Positions 25,301-37,300 of a stretch of 55,585 nt of DNA are shown here, one piece after another; within the stretch, counting starts at the first letter, position 1, and the number at the start of each line of letters is the position of its first letter. Position numbers and translations under genes: made by a program. The notes under the pieces are model-generated. The model did not search any database, had not been told where the DNA came from, and saw nothing but the letters and a program-made list of their open reading frames with translations. The stretch lies in the NCBI GenBank assembly GCA_964372775.1, contig CAYJRJ010000003.1:1-55585 (forward strand), given 5' to 3'. The stretch is from an uncultured Planctomycetales bacterium (GTDB taxonomy: Bacteria > Omnitrophota > Gorgyraeia > Aquiviventales > Aquiviventaceae).

Positions 25301-28300
25301 TGCGCAACTCCTCAAGCGTCCAGGGCACACCGTCCGCGCGCAGCTGCTCATTGATGACCGGCTCAAGCCGGTTGAGCTGTTCCGCCACCCAGTCGAGTGA
25401 GACGCCCCACGTGTGGGCCAGCGCGGTCAGCTGAGGCGGCGCGGGGTTGCGGCCGCGGGCAAATGCGCGAGCCCCTCGGAGATAACTGTGAAGCAGCTGA
25501 GGATCTGTGACATGGGTTACGACTCCTTTTCTCTCATACTCAAGGCCGTGTGACGAAATGAACTCCGAGAGGTACGTGTGATTCACTTTGAAATGGTCCG
25601 CGATGTCTCGTTGGGTTTGCCCCGGGTGCTCGTCTATATAGACCTGCACCTTGCGAGGATCGAGCGGGCGTCGCTCGAGATCAGCATCCGTCACGCGCAG
25701 ACCGGCGGCTCGTCCGGTCAGGACAATGAGGCGGCGTAAGGAGGCGTCGTGCCTCACGCGGCGGCCGAGCTCGGTGTCATCGAGGCCCACCTGCCGGGCC
25801 ACGAACATCTTGCTCGGCGCGCGACCATGCTCCTGGTAATACGAAATCCAAGTTGAAGCCACCGTGGAGTTGTCAACTGTGCGATGCCGACCTTTCGGGT
25901 ACCTGTTGTGGTGACTCCAGTACACCATGAGGCGATTGACCTGTGCCCGGTTGCGCACGGCGACCGTGAGCACGCTCCTGATGACCCGCCACGTGTGCTG
26001 AAGTAGACGCAGTCCCTCCACGGCGCCGAACCGCGCATTCCAGTTGAGTTGCTGCGAGACCAGTTGAAGCGGATACGGCCGCGGCATGCTTTCCCTTGCA
26101 CCCTCGCGTCGTTCGCGCAGGCTTCTCAGCCGCACGCCCTCCTGCGCCGCCAGCGCCTTTACCTGCGCTTCCAGATGAGTCAGGTACGCGTGTGTGTCCG
26201 CGGCACTGCGGCTTCCCATCAGTTCCACCGTGATGCGCTGCGGCAGCCACGTTCGCAAGGTGACCAGTAGTTCGGAAAGCGTCCCTTCACGTCGCGCATG
26301 CGCGATGGCTTCCCGCAGACCGGTCAGAAGCTCTTCAAGCGGCATGGGACGCTCCAACGTGCGAATCATCCTGTGCGTCCCGGGAGGCGCCCCCATCGGC
26401 GGAACGATCGCGAGGGTGATCCCGCTCGCAAGCGCAGCCGGGTATCCCCACACGACCCACAGTGTCGCGAGCCCCACGGCTGCCAGGGAGAGCCCGGCGA
26501 GAAGCGCCCAAGCACTCGACCCGCGAACCCAGCGGCCGCCGCGGGTGCGCCCATCTGGTGATGGGGCCCAGAGCGCTGCCAGGTCGCGGCGGATATCTTC
26601 AAGATTGCGGCGAACGGCCGGCGCGATCGATCCGCCACGCTCCGCCACGCGCCGCTGCAGGTCTGCAATCGTCAACGCCAGGGTGGCTGGCGGGCGCCCG
26701 CCGGCTTCGTCATAGACCGCGTGCAGCAACGCGTCGCGGCCCTCGACATCCAATGCCTCTAGCACACGGATCGCATCGGTCAACCGCCCGATGATGATCT
26801 TGGCCAGCCGCCCGCGGATGCGCGTTTCGCGCTCCACATGCGCGATCATCAGGCGCATGGCAGCCACAGCCTCTTCTCGGCGGCGCGCGGCATGCCCGTT
26901 GATCGCCAGCGCCGCCTCCATGGCCGCCAGCTCCTCGCTGAACGCCTTCTGCAGCGTGCCGCGCCTGGCCAAGAAGGCACGCAGGCTTAGCACCATACGG
27001 CGCGCTCGCTCAAACCCGTGCGCGATGAGCTCGGTCCGAACCAGTGCTGCCTCCGGCTCGCGCGCAAGCCATGCGCGCGTGGCCTCAAGCCGTCGGCGCG
27101 CCGTCACCAGTGCCTCGGGTGCGGTCGTAAACGGCGTCTTGCGCAGCGCCGGCTCCAACGCGGCCAACCACTGATCCTGCGATTCGAGGTGTGACGGGAT
27201 GCGCCGGGTCAGTTGGCGCACGCGCTCGATCCACGCCTGCTCCTTGCGCTGCTGCCGCAGCAGGCTCACCGCCTGCCTGACGACCGCCTCGCGGATGCGC
27301 TGAATGTCCTCGATGCGCCCCTTTCGCAGCGCGTTCTTGGCGTGCTCGATCTGGGCCGCCGCCAGGTCGGTACCCCCCTGCGCGAGCGCGGTACTCGCCT
27401 GTTCAAGCTCAATGAGCGCATCGCGCTTGCCCTCGACGTGCCCGCGCTCGAGCCAGACGATGACGTCCGCCAGCTGCTCTCGCGCGCGCTGCACGCGCCG
27501 GTCGCTGGGGCTCTGGCGCAGCTGCAGCTGGATGACGCGCAGGTTGCGCAGCTGCTCGAGGATGCGCAGGAATTCGGCGTATTCGGTTTCGAGTTTGTGG
27601 TGCATGCCGCGCAGCGCCGCAGCCAGCGAACGGTACGTGACGGTGACTGACCGGCGCGCCTTCACTCGGCGGCCGCTGAGGATGTTCACCGTAAAGCGCG
27701 TTTCTGGAATGCGCAGGCGGCCATCGGGCGTTTCCTGGATCCCGTACCCGGAGAGCCCGAGGACCTCGAAGATCGCTCCGAACCAGGACGCGGCGGTGAA
27801 CGTGTCGCCGCGCGAGCCGGTCGCGTAGGCGCGCAGCTGCTCCATCGCCAGCTCCATCTGCCGCTGGCGCAAGCCATCGTGAGCGCTCAGCAGCGTGGCC
27901 AGCGCCGCCGGGATGTTGCCGCGCGCGAGATGCCGCTCGATCAACCCCGCCTGCATCGCGATGCGACGCAGCAACAGCTCCTGTGCGCGATGGTTGAGCG
28001 CGCCCAACGCCTCGCGATCGCCGGCCTGCTCGAGGCGGACAAACTCGGGCAGCAGCGCGAGGTACTTTTTCGCTAACGCTTGGCTGCGCTCACCGCTGAG
28101 CTCTTCAGCAGGCACCTCAGGCAGCGTGAGGATGCGCCGCAGGTCGGCGAACGTTTTCGCGGCATCCACGGGGACCGCGCGCTGCGTCGTGTAGGCCACG
28201 TGCAGCTCGCGATGCAGCCGCAGCAGACTCCGCGCCGCCTCCTCGGTGAGCAACTGCTGATCGGTCGGGGTGACGCGCCCAGATGTGGGACGCGGACCTG

Positions 28301-31300
28301 ACGGAGGACGCACCATGCGCGCGATGCGCTGCACCATACCGCTGATGCCGATCCCTGAACGCGGCTCGAGCCCGGCGTAGCGGTGGCCCCGCGCGGTGGA
28401 GTATCCGAACAACAAGTCATGGTGCCGTGCGCCGCGGCCACGCCTTGCGTTCGTAGGTGCCTTGGGCAGCGCGAGGCCGAACGCCCGAGCGGCCTTATAG
28501 AGGGCGCGATCCCCGTCCTCGGCGGCGGGTTTCCGCAGGGTGGCGGCGTTGTTCGCGAGGCCGGCGGTCTCGCGGCGGGCGAGCTCGGCCGTGACCGCGG
28601 CAGCATCGGGGTACGTGACGATTCGGCTACGCGGCCCACCCACCACGTCCCGCACCACTCCTTCGAGATGGTATGGAATCCTGCCTTGCTCGAGTTGGGT
28701 ACGCAAGAAGTCGCGCAGCTCACGTCCGTCGGCCTCCAACTGATAGAAGGCTAACTCTAGGCGCCGCGGCCAATCCGTCCCGGAAGGTCGAGCGAACTCC
28801 CTCAAGAGATTATCAACCGCCCGCACCAGTGCGGGTCCCGTGAGACGGCCTCCCACCATGCTTCCTGACCCAAAGCCCCGGCGCATCCTCGCGGCTCGCT
28901 GCGGCACGCCACCAAAGCCGATCCCTGAACGCGGCTCGAGCCCGGCGTAGCGGTGGCCCCGCGCGGTCCGATCAACCAGACGGCCGAGTGATAGCCTGTG
29001 GTAGTTCGCGGAGTGAGACGGACCTCCGCGTGTTGGATCAGCCTTCGCTCGCAACGCGGTGAGCCATGCCTCCGCCGCGCGCGCGAGACCGTTCGCCCGA
29101 TCAAGCAGATGGTGAATGGTGTGGGTCGCGCTTTCATCGGAAGGCGACGCGTTCTTTCTGAGACGTGGCAATCGCCGCGCAAGACGTCGGGCCACCTCCC
29201 CTGCGCCATGAGCCAGCTCTTCAACATTGCCCTGTAATGCGGCAAGCGCGTACGAGGATTCTGTTGATGAACGCACGTGTGCGGGCTGCTTCGGTTGGTG
29301 GAACAGATCGGCATACCGCCGTTGAGACCGCTGCAGGGTTTCTTCCGCCAGCTCAATCAGCTCCTGAACTTCTTCAAGAGTCTGAATGCGTTGATGCGCC
29401 GTAAGCTCTCGCTCACCCGCTTCATCTTCTGTCGACTCGTACGCTCCCCTGTAATACCACACGATCCGGTTAGCTGCGACGAGCTCGTCACTCGCCGTTC
29501 CCATCTCGCGAGCAAGCCCCCACAGCATGTTGGCGCTCGATCGCACGCTTGGCTGTGCGGGCTCGCCGGCGTGCTGGGGTGCGGCGGGCTCAAGGAGCGG
29601 TCGGCTGAGCCACCGGGCGATATTCACGAGTTGAGGTGCGGTCCAGTAGCGACGAGTGCGTGGGAGACTGCGGAGGTATACGGCCGCCATGCGCTCAGCT
29701 TTCTGTCGCACCGCGGCTTGACGATCGTCTGAGAGACTTCCGCGTTCGAGCGCATACGCGATCTCAATCAACACACGGCGCAGCACATCATCAGCCGCAC
29801 GAGCGTCAGTCTCCGCCATGCGGAATGTGGATTGCACCAGTCGTTTCGTCAACTGCGCCGTCACATGATGCTCGAGCCGACCGTAAGACGCCCCGGGTAC
29901 CAGCGGCCCGCCGCCAAAGCCCAGAAACTCAAGCTGCAGTTGCGTGGCGCCTGCCGGAGCCGGGAGACGGCGGAGGAGCCGAACCGGACCGAAGTCTCGA
30001 TGGCGCCACACCGATGGCGCTGGCGGATGCTGTACACGCCGCGCGTGACGTCCTGAACGGCTCTTCGACACCCCAAACCCGCGAACACCAGCCCGGCCGA
30101 GCAAACCATCAGATCCTCCCACGCCGAGACGTCCTGCGTACAGGTGGCCGCGGCCATCGAAGCGTCGAATTTGATTCAGTGAGGGATCGTGGTGACGGGC
30201 GAGACCTCTCGGTTCGCGTCCCGAACCGTGCAGCGGACGCCGGGCCAGCTCGCCCAAGGTGTCTGGAATGTCCAGCGCTTCCCACGCCTGCGGGAACTTG
30301 GCGCTTCCAACATCGATGGTGAACACCACATCGAGGCCGACGTCAGGATCCAGGACCCGCACCTGTCCAAAGCGGTCCGCGCGGCGGTCATAGCCCGTGA
30401 GAAACCGTGCGGCTCTGATGAACGCCCGGTAGAGTGCGCGGCTGATCCTGGCGTCGGATCGCTGACCAGCCCGCCCCTGCACCTCGCTCAGCGGAGGCTC
30501 GAAGAACAGCCATCGCCCATCCGGGGCGTACACGCCACGAACCTGGTGCTCATGTGCCGCCTGGCGGCGGCCGAACAGCTTGTCATGGGTGATGCCGCCG
30601 GCGTCGAACCAGGCGTGGTCGTCATGCTGCGAATCAGCGATGATGCCTATGGCCAGGCCCCAATCTTCATCATCCAGACGCCGATCTCGAGTGACGGCCC
30701 GATCTATCGCCGCTTTGGCCTGTGTCCGGTTCCGGTAATACCGACGCGGAAGTTCCTCGTGGGCCCAATGCGTGGAGGCGATGAGCAGCGGAGCCGCTGC
30801 GGCGATGCCAAGCGTTGCAAACGCCGCGTAGGCCAGCGATGAGGCGAACCACAGCACGAAACCATGGACGAGCTTGGAGCCCCACCCGCCCGTCCGCTTA
30901 GACGGCGTACCCCCTCGCGGCGGCAAGAGTCCGATCCCCACCGCCAGCGCTTCAAGAACCTGCTCAGCGTAGCGCGCGTCACCATCGAACTGTTCCAACA
31001 GCGCCGCGCGTTCCGCGGAGTCCGTGGAGAACAACATCTCGATGTGCCGGATAACCTCTCCGGCAGCCACCCAACGCATGACCTGCGCCTGCTCGATTGG
31101 GCTTAGGTAGGACCAGACGAACAGCCGTTGAATCGCCGGCCACGCTCCGCTGGACGCCAACGTGCCGTCCGTCACGCCGGTTTCATCTTCGTATTCGACA
31201 GACACGTTCACCCGGTCATCATCGGACCACACCTGGGCGTCCTCGACCCACAAGAGGCGGGTCGGCTGATCCGACAGCTGCTGGAGCACCTGCCAGCGCT

Positions 31301-34300
31301 CACTCAGGAACCTCAACAGCACCGCGGCGGTATCGGGCAGGGCGAACTGCAGCACAGGCGCTTCAAAGGCATCGCGAGCCGCGTCATAGGCCTGATCGAA
31401 TTGACCCGCCGCCCTCGAAGCCTCTTCCCATTGCCCTTGCTTGAGCGCCTGGAGCATCCGACCCAGGTGCTGCACGAGCTTCTCGTAGGGCAGCGCATCC
31501 GGCAGATCCAGGTGCACAAGCTCCAGTTGGCTCTGGATGGTCGTCGCAAGCCCGAGGAACGCGCTGCCGACGCTGCGACCATACGTCACCTGCCAATTCT
31601 GCGGCGGGATACCCGGTTCTTCCGCGACAGACTCGTCCGGCTCCGCAGCAACCGGCTCCGCTGGTGCGGACGGCATCTGAGACGCCCGGCGCAGTAGCGC
31701 ATCGTAGCGGTCTCCCACCGCCCGCTCCGCATCGGCTTCCGAATCAAACACACCGCCGGCGAGCTGCTCCACGATCTGTTGCGTAATGTGCTCAGGCGTA
31801 TCGCGCGGCAGCAACTTGCGGACCGTGGCCTCATCCAGCTCGATCAGTTTGCGGATACCAGGTAACGACTCGATCAGCGGCAGATGGCTTCCGCCGATCA
31901 CCACCAGCACCTGGGACCTGCTTGGAAACTTCCCAAGCGTGGCGCGCAGCGACTCAAGACTCTTGCGATTGACGACCCTGGCGACCGTCTCCATCGTTGC
32001 GAGCCGCAGTCTCCCGTAGGCCGCCGGGTCCTCCTGACTCAGACGATGGACGCGCCGCATCGCGCCCCGGACCGCGCGCCACGGCAGATGTGGGGCGACC
32101 TGCGTGATCGCTTCGCGGGCCGCGTCGTCGTCAGCCAACCGCCAGTCAAGATCCCCTTGCCCCCGCAGCCGCCCCATGTCTTCAGCCAAGCAATAGCTCC
32201 AGGTGCCAACCGTCTCAATCGGCGTCATGCCTGCGAAGCCTTGCTCGCTCAGCCGCCCAGCCGCTTCCTCATAGATCGATGGGTCATCACCCTCGTACAC
32301 ACTCGCCGTGCCCACCGGAATCGCCAGCCGCTGCGCAATGGCGACCGCGTAGCGCACCTCGGGCGGAGCCAGCGTCAGGTTGTCCTTGATGGGCGAGTAG
32401 CTCTCGATGGCCACCACCCAATCATCCGGCGCGTCAACCATCTCGGGTGCCATCACCTGCCGGATCCGCTCTGTCCCCTCGATGGAGAAGTAGTCCCCAT
32501 GCAACACGTGGATCACTTTGTCCCCGTAGCGATACACGTCAAGCTGTTGACGTTGAACGGGCGGGACGATCGTCCGCACGCCCAGCTCCCGCTCGAAGAG
32601 CGGCCCCTGGATCTCGCTCAGCAGCCGCTGCGCTCGCGGATCCCGCGCCGCCGCGCCGAGGCTGCGGGGCGGCTCGCGGGTGGCGCGCAGCAGACCCACA
32701 GTCCCATAGCCGTGGTGATCGCCCTCGGTGATCTGCTGCACGCTGAATCCGGTATCCTCCAGCCGCTCTCGTGACGCCCGCCACGCCAGCTCCTGTTCCC
32801 CGTGGAGAGTGGCGCCGGCCATGCGATCGAGCGCCGTCGCCCCTGCCTTGCGCGCCACCGCCTCGTCCATCCACTCCAACAACTTCTTGGCAGGCGCCGC
32901 CCCAGACGTTGGGCCGGCTGATGTTGGACCACTCTTCTTGGCGACATACCCCTGCTGGTCAATGGCCAACGTGAAGTCTGGTAGCTCGACGGCCGCCACG
33001 ATCTCCTCCTCGGAACGGTGCGTGCGCGTCTCCGTCATGTACTCGTCCACGAGGGCGCTGACATGCTTGGGCCCATCGGCGACGCGTTGCGTGAGGTCGG
33101 CGGCGAGCTCGCGCAGCACGGAGGGGCTCATCCAGATGGTGCCGTTGTCCGGCTCCTGCTGAATCCGAGTCACGCGCACCACGTCCGGGGACTTACCGCT
33201 GAACCAGATCCGGTAGGACGTCTTTCGCTCCTCCCCGGTTATCACTAATTCGTGGAACGGGGTGCGGATGGAGGAGCGTTCCGGCAGCTCACCCTTGACT
33301 TTCTCGATCAGTTCGTAGTGGTCCTCCGTCCAGCGGAGCCATCCCTCCTGCTCAAGTGGATGGTTGGCGCCTAAGCGCCGATGGAGCACCACTCCCCGCG
33401 GGAGGCCAGACCACCTCGGTCCACGCTTCGGCCTCTCCGAGCTGCGCCGAGTTGGCATCGCCGTCGGGGACTCCACCGTGAAGGATGAGATGGCGAGCTG
33501 CGAGCTGATACCGGGCTGCTGCGCGGCGAGCTCAGCCAGCTGCTTCTGGTGGCCCTGCGCCGGCGCTTGCCGGCTTCGTTCCCAGCCCTGCACCCCACCT
33601 ATGCCGATCTCGAAGAGGCGTCCGAACTGCTTCTGCGTGAGCCCAATCGCCTCGCGCAGCAGACGCACCCGACGATGATACTCCGGCTCCTCGCGCAGCA
33701 ACACCGCCAGCGATCGGCCGTGGAGGATGTGGGTGACCTCAAGGCTCGGCCCAAGGTGCTCATTCCCAAGGTGCTCACTCACGAGATCCACCAGTGCGCG
33801 CAGCGCCGGCAGCCGGAAGGAATAATCCGTAACCCATCCGCCGCCTTCCTGTTTGATCAACCCCTCCGGAAGGGGCACTTCCGGACCCAAGGCTTCCACA
33901 ATGGCATCGAGCCGCTGATGAACGGCTGATGGGTCATCGCCAACGATCTCCTCGAGCCTCCTGATGAGCGCCGGCGCCAGCATCCCAACGGCGGCATCAA
34001 CCAATCGACGCCGCTCGAGCCATCCAGTCCGTCCTTCTGGTTGCGGCGTCCACGTGGGCGGGGGCTCGTAATACGCAGGGTCGGCGAGCCACGAGAGCAT
34101 CCACGCGTCGAGTCGCTCCGGTGAGACGTCGCCCTTCAGTTCAGCGACGCCGATCCGAGCGAGCATGGCTTGCTCCCGCTGAGTCAGCAGCGGACCGCGG
34201 GATGCGAGCGTCACACGCCACCGCTCATCCAGCGTGCCGTCCGGCTGGGTGAAGTGCGCGAACACCGCATAGGCCTCGCGCAGCGCCGGGTGGTGCGAGG

Positions 34301-37300
34301 CGATGTCCAGCAGATAGGACCTGAGGTCCGCCGCGCCCTGCGCCTTCGCCAGGTGCTGCGTGTAGCGCCATTGGAGCGCATAGGCCTCCATCTCATTGTG
34401 GATGCGCATGGCGACACTCTTCTTGAACTCGTGGCGGCGATGCGACTCCAGCTCCTGCGGCGGGATGCCCTCAGGGACACTCGGCAGCGCGCGCAGGATC
34501 GACATCGACGCGTCATCGCGTCTGACCTGAGCGCGACTGAGGTGGCTTAGCTCATGCACCAGGTGCGCCTCCACCTCCGCCTGCGGCAGGCCCTCGAAGT
34601 TCGCCAGGTTCACGTAGAGGGATCGGCTCTCGAGTTCCATCGCCAGGAAGGATTTCGAGATGAGCCTGGCGTCGAACGACAGCCGGGGACGCCGGACAAA
34701 TACGCGCAGCAGCTCGAGCAGCTCGTCCGTCTGTGGTGAGCGCGGCAGCCAGCCCTGCTCGATGTTGGCGATCGCGCGCGTCGCTGCGTCGAGCAGGTTC
34801 GCGCGGGCCGTCTGCTCCCGGTCCTCAGCCGCCGTGGGAGGCGATGCGCCCAGCCGTCGAATGATCCACCACCCACTCGCCGCCACCACGAGGGCGCCTG
34901 CGCCAAGACCGACCCACTTCAGGGCTTGCCGGCGCGTCAGACCCGGCGCGCCCGTTGCGGCGGCGCGCTCTCGTCGGCGTCGCTGGGCCCGCGTGTCCTT
35001 CGCTGCCCCGCGGCTCTTCGAGGGCCCGCCCCGCCGGACCCCGCCAAACCCAACTCCCGAACTCGGGTTCACCGCCTGCGCATACGGATGACCCCGGCGG
35101 CCGAGGACGCGCTTCGCTGAATCGTAGTACTGCGCGCCGCCACTCGGGCCGCGGCCGCCCAACCTCCCTCGAATTCCCGGCGTCCCTGAGCCGACGACGG
35201 GACTCAAGAGGATGTCGACAACCTGATCGACCTTCAGGTCCGTGTCCACTCCCTCCAGCTCTCCCACATCGACGCCACCAACGAGCACTCGGACGCCTGC
35301 TCGAAGCCGTTCATGGCCGGGCAGCCCTGTCACCAATTGGTCGCGCAGACCTGGCGCGTACCGATCCAAGCGCTCCAAGAGCTGGCGAAGCGTGCCCGCC
35401 GTAAGGTGCAGGACCCGCGCGCCATTTACCCACCCAGCCAGCGCGGCGGACAGATGCACCTCGATCGATGGTCGTCGGGCGAGCACATCCAACAGCCGGT
35501 ACTGCCGCCACAGCAGGCTGTTCGTCCCCCAGTGCTCTTCGACCGATGCGTTCGCGCGCGCCGCCATCGCCGCGGCTTCCTGGGGCTTGTCCAGAATCTC
35601 GTTGATCGCGCGGGCCGTGTCCTCAATCGATCGCGGCCGATCAAACTGCCCGGTCTGGGCATCGATGCCGACGACGTAGCCGGTGCCATGCTGCGGGTCT
35701 TGCCGAACGTCAATCACCTGCGAAGCCAGAGCGCCCACCCCACTGACGATGACCGGCTTGCCATGCCACATCGCCCCAAGTGCTGCAAGCCCCGAGCCTT
35801 CATTGAGCGATTTCAGGACGATCGCCGACGCCGCACTCTGGAACGCGTTCACCTCCAAGTCGTGCAACTCTCCGACGGTGAGTTCGTCGTAGCCCATCGC
35901 TTGCGCAGCGTCCGCCTGGGCCGCTGAGGGATTCGTCAGCCGGCCGGGATTGATCTGCAAGCGCAAGAGCTCCGCGTGCAGACGCACCCACGCCCACAGC
36001 AGCGCCCGCCGGGGCGAGGCTGGCAACAGCGGCACGACGAGGATGTTCTTCGTGAGCGAAGCCGGCACATGGGCCGCTTGGAGCCCGTCCTCGATATACG
36101 CGCGCAGCTGGCGCAGGGTCCTAAAGGCGTGCGCGTCATCGGGTGCGAGCGGCAACGTGAAGACCAGCCGCGGGAAGGCGTGCGGCTGCTTCCCTGGATC
36201 AAAACGGGCGAGGCGACTGGCCATCACCTGCAGGTAGGCATCGACCACGCCGAAGGGATCCCGCAGCACATCTGGGCGCGCGTGCTGGAGGATCAGCGGC
36301 CGATCAAGCGGCACCTCGTACTTGTCGAGCGTCGCTTCAATGAAGGCGTGGTCCAGCGGCATGTTGCGCGTCCCGTTCAAGTCGATCCCGGGCGAGACGT
36401 CCCAGTGCGAAGCCATGGCGTCCGGCGGGAGGAACTCGGGGCGGTAGACGGTCACGGCATCATACTGGTTGATGAAGGGTCGCAGGATACTCCAGGCGGA
36501 ACGGCTAGGATGCAGCGGCTCATCGCTGATTGCCGTGGCCACATTGCCCTGCCAGATGAACTGCGTCTCAGGAAACACGACGCGGAGCAGCTCGATCATC
36601 CCGGCCGGCTGGTGATCATGGATGACGATGACATCGGGAGCCGGCAGCTGCCGCCGTTCCTTCACGTCGAGGAGCGCTAAGACGTTGGCCACTTGCATCC
36701 GGCGCCAGAGATGGAAGTCACCGTCCGAAAAGCCGTCGGGCAGGCCCTGCAGGGCACGAGTCATCCGGCCCGTGACGTCATGGAAGCGCTGGTGGCGATC
36801 GGCTCCCATCACGAACCACCGCATCCGCAGCCGACGCTGCGGACGCATCTGGCTGAGCGCGTTGTTGAGCGCAATCAGCGGTTCGAGTTGATCCGCGACG
36901 CTGCCGCCGGCCCCTGAGGAGTTGAGGTGCCAGACCTCGACGTGCGGCTTGCCCCGGCCGAGCAGTGGAGTCACGCTGCGCGCGCGCAGCGCCAATCGGA
37001 CCATGCGCCCTACCCCGACCAGCCGACGCCATATGGCGAGATCCGCGTACGTCACACGACGTTCCTCGATGGGTTCAAGCTCCAAGTCCTCCGAGGGTTC
37101 GACGAACACGCCCGGGCGCGCCCGCAGCTCGACCAAGCGCCGCTCGGTGGCCAGCTGGCGCAAGGCGAGCTCCACGTCCACAGGATCCATCCGACGATGG
37201 AGCCGCTCGCTCAACTGTTGCGCCACGACATGAGGGGTGTAGGCGACCAGCGGCCGAGTGGTCAGGAGGGAGAGAATCTCGTCACGTAACTGTCCACTCG

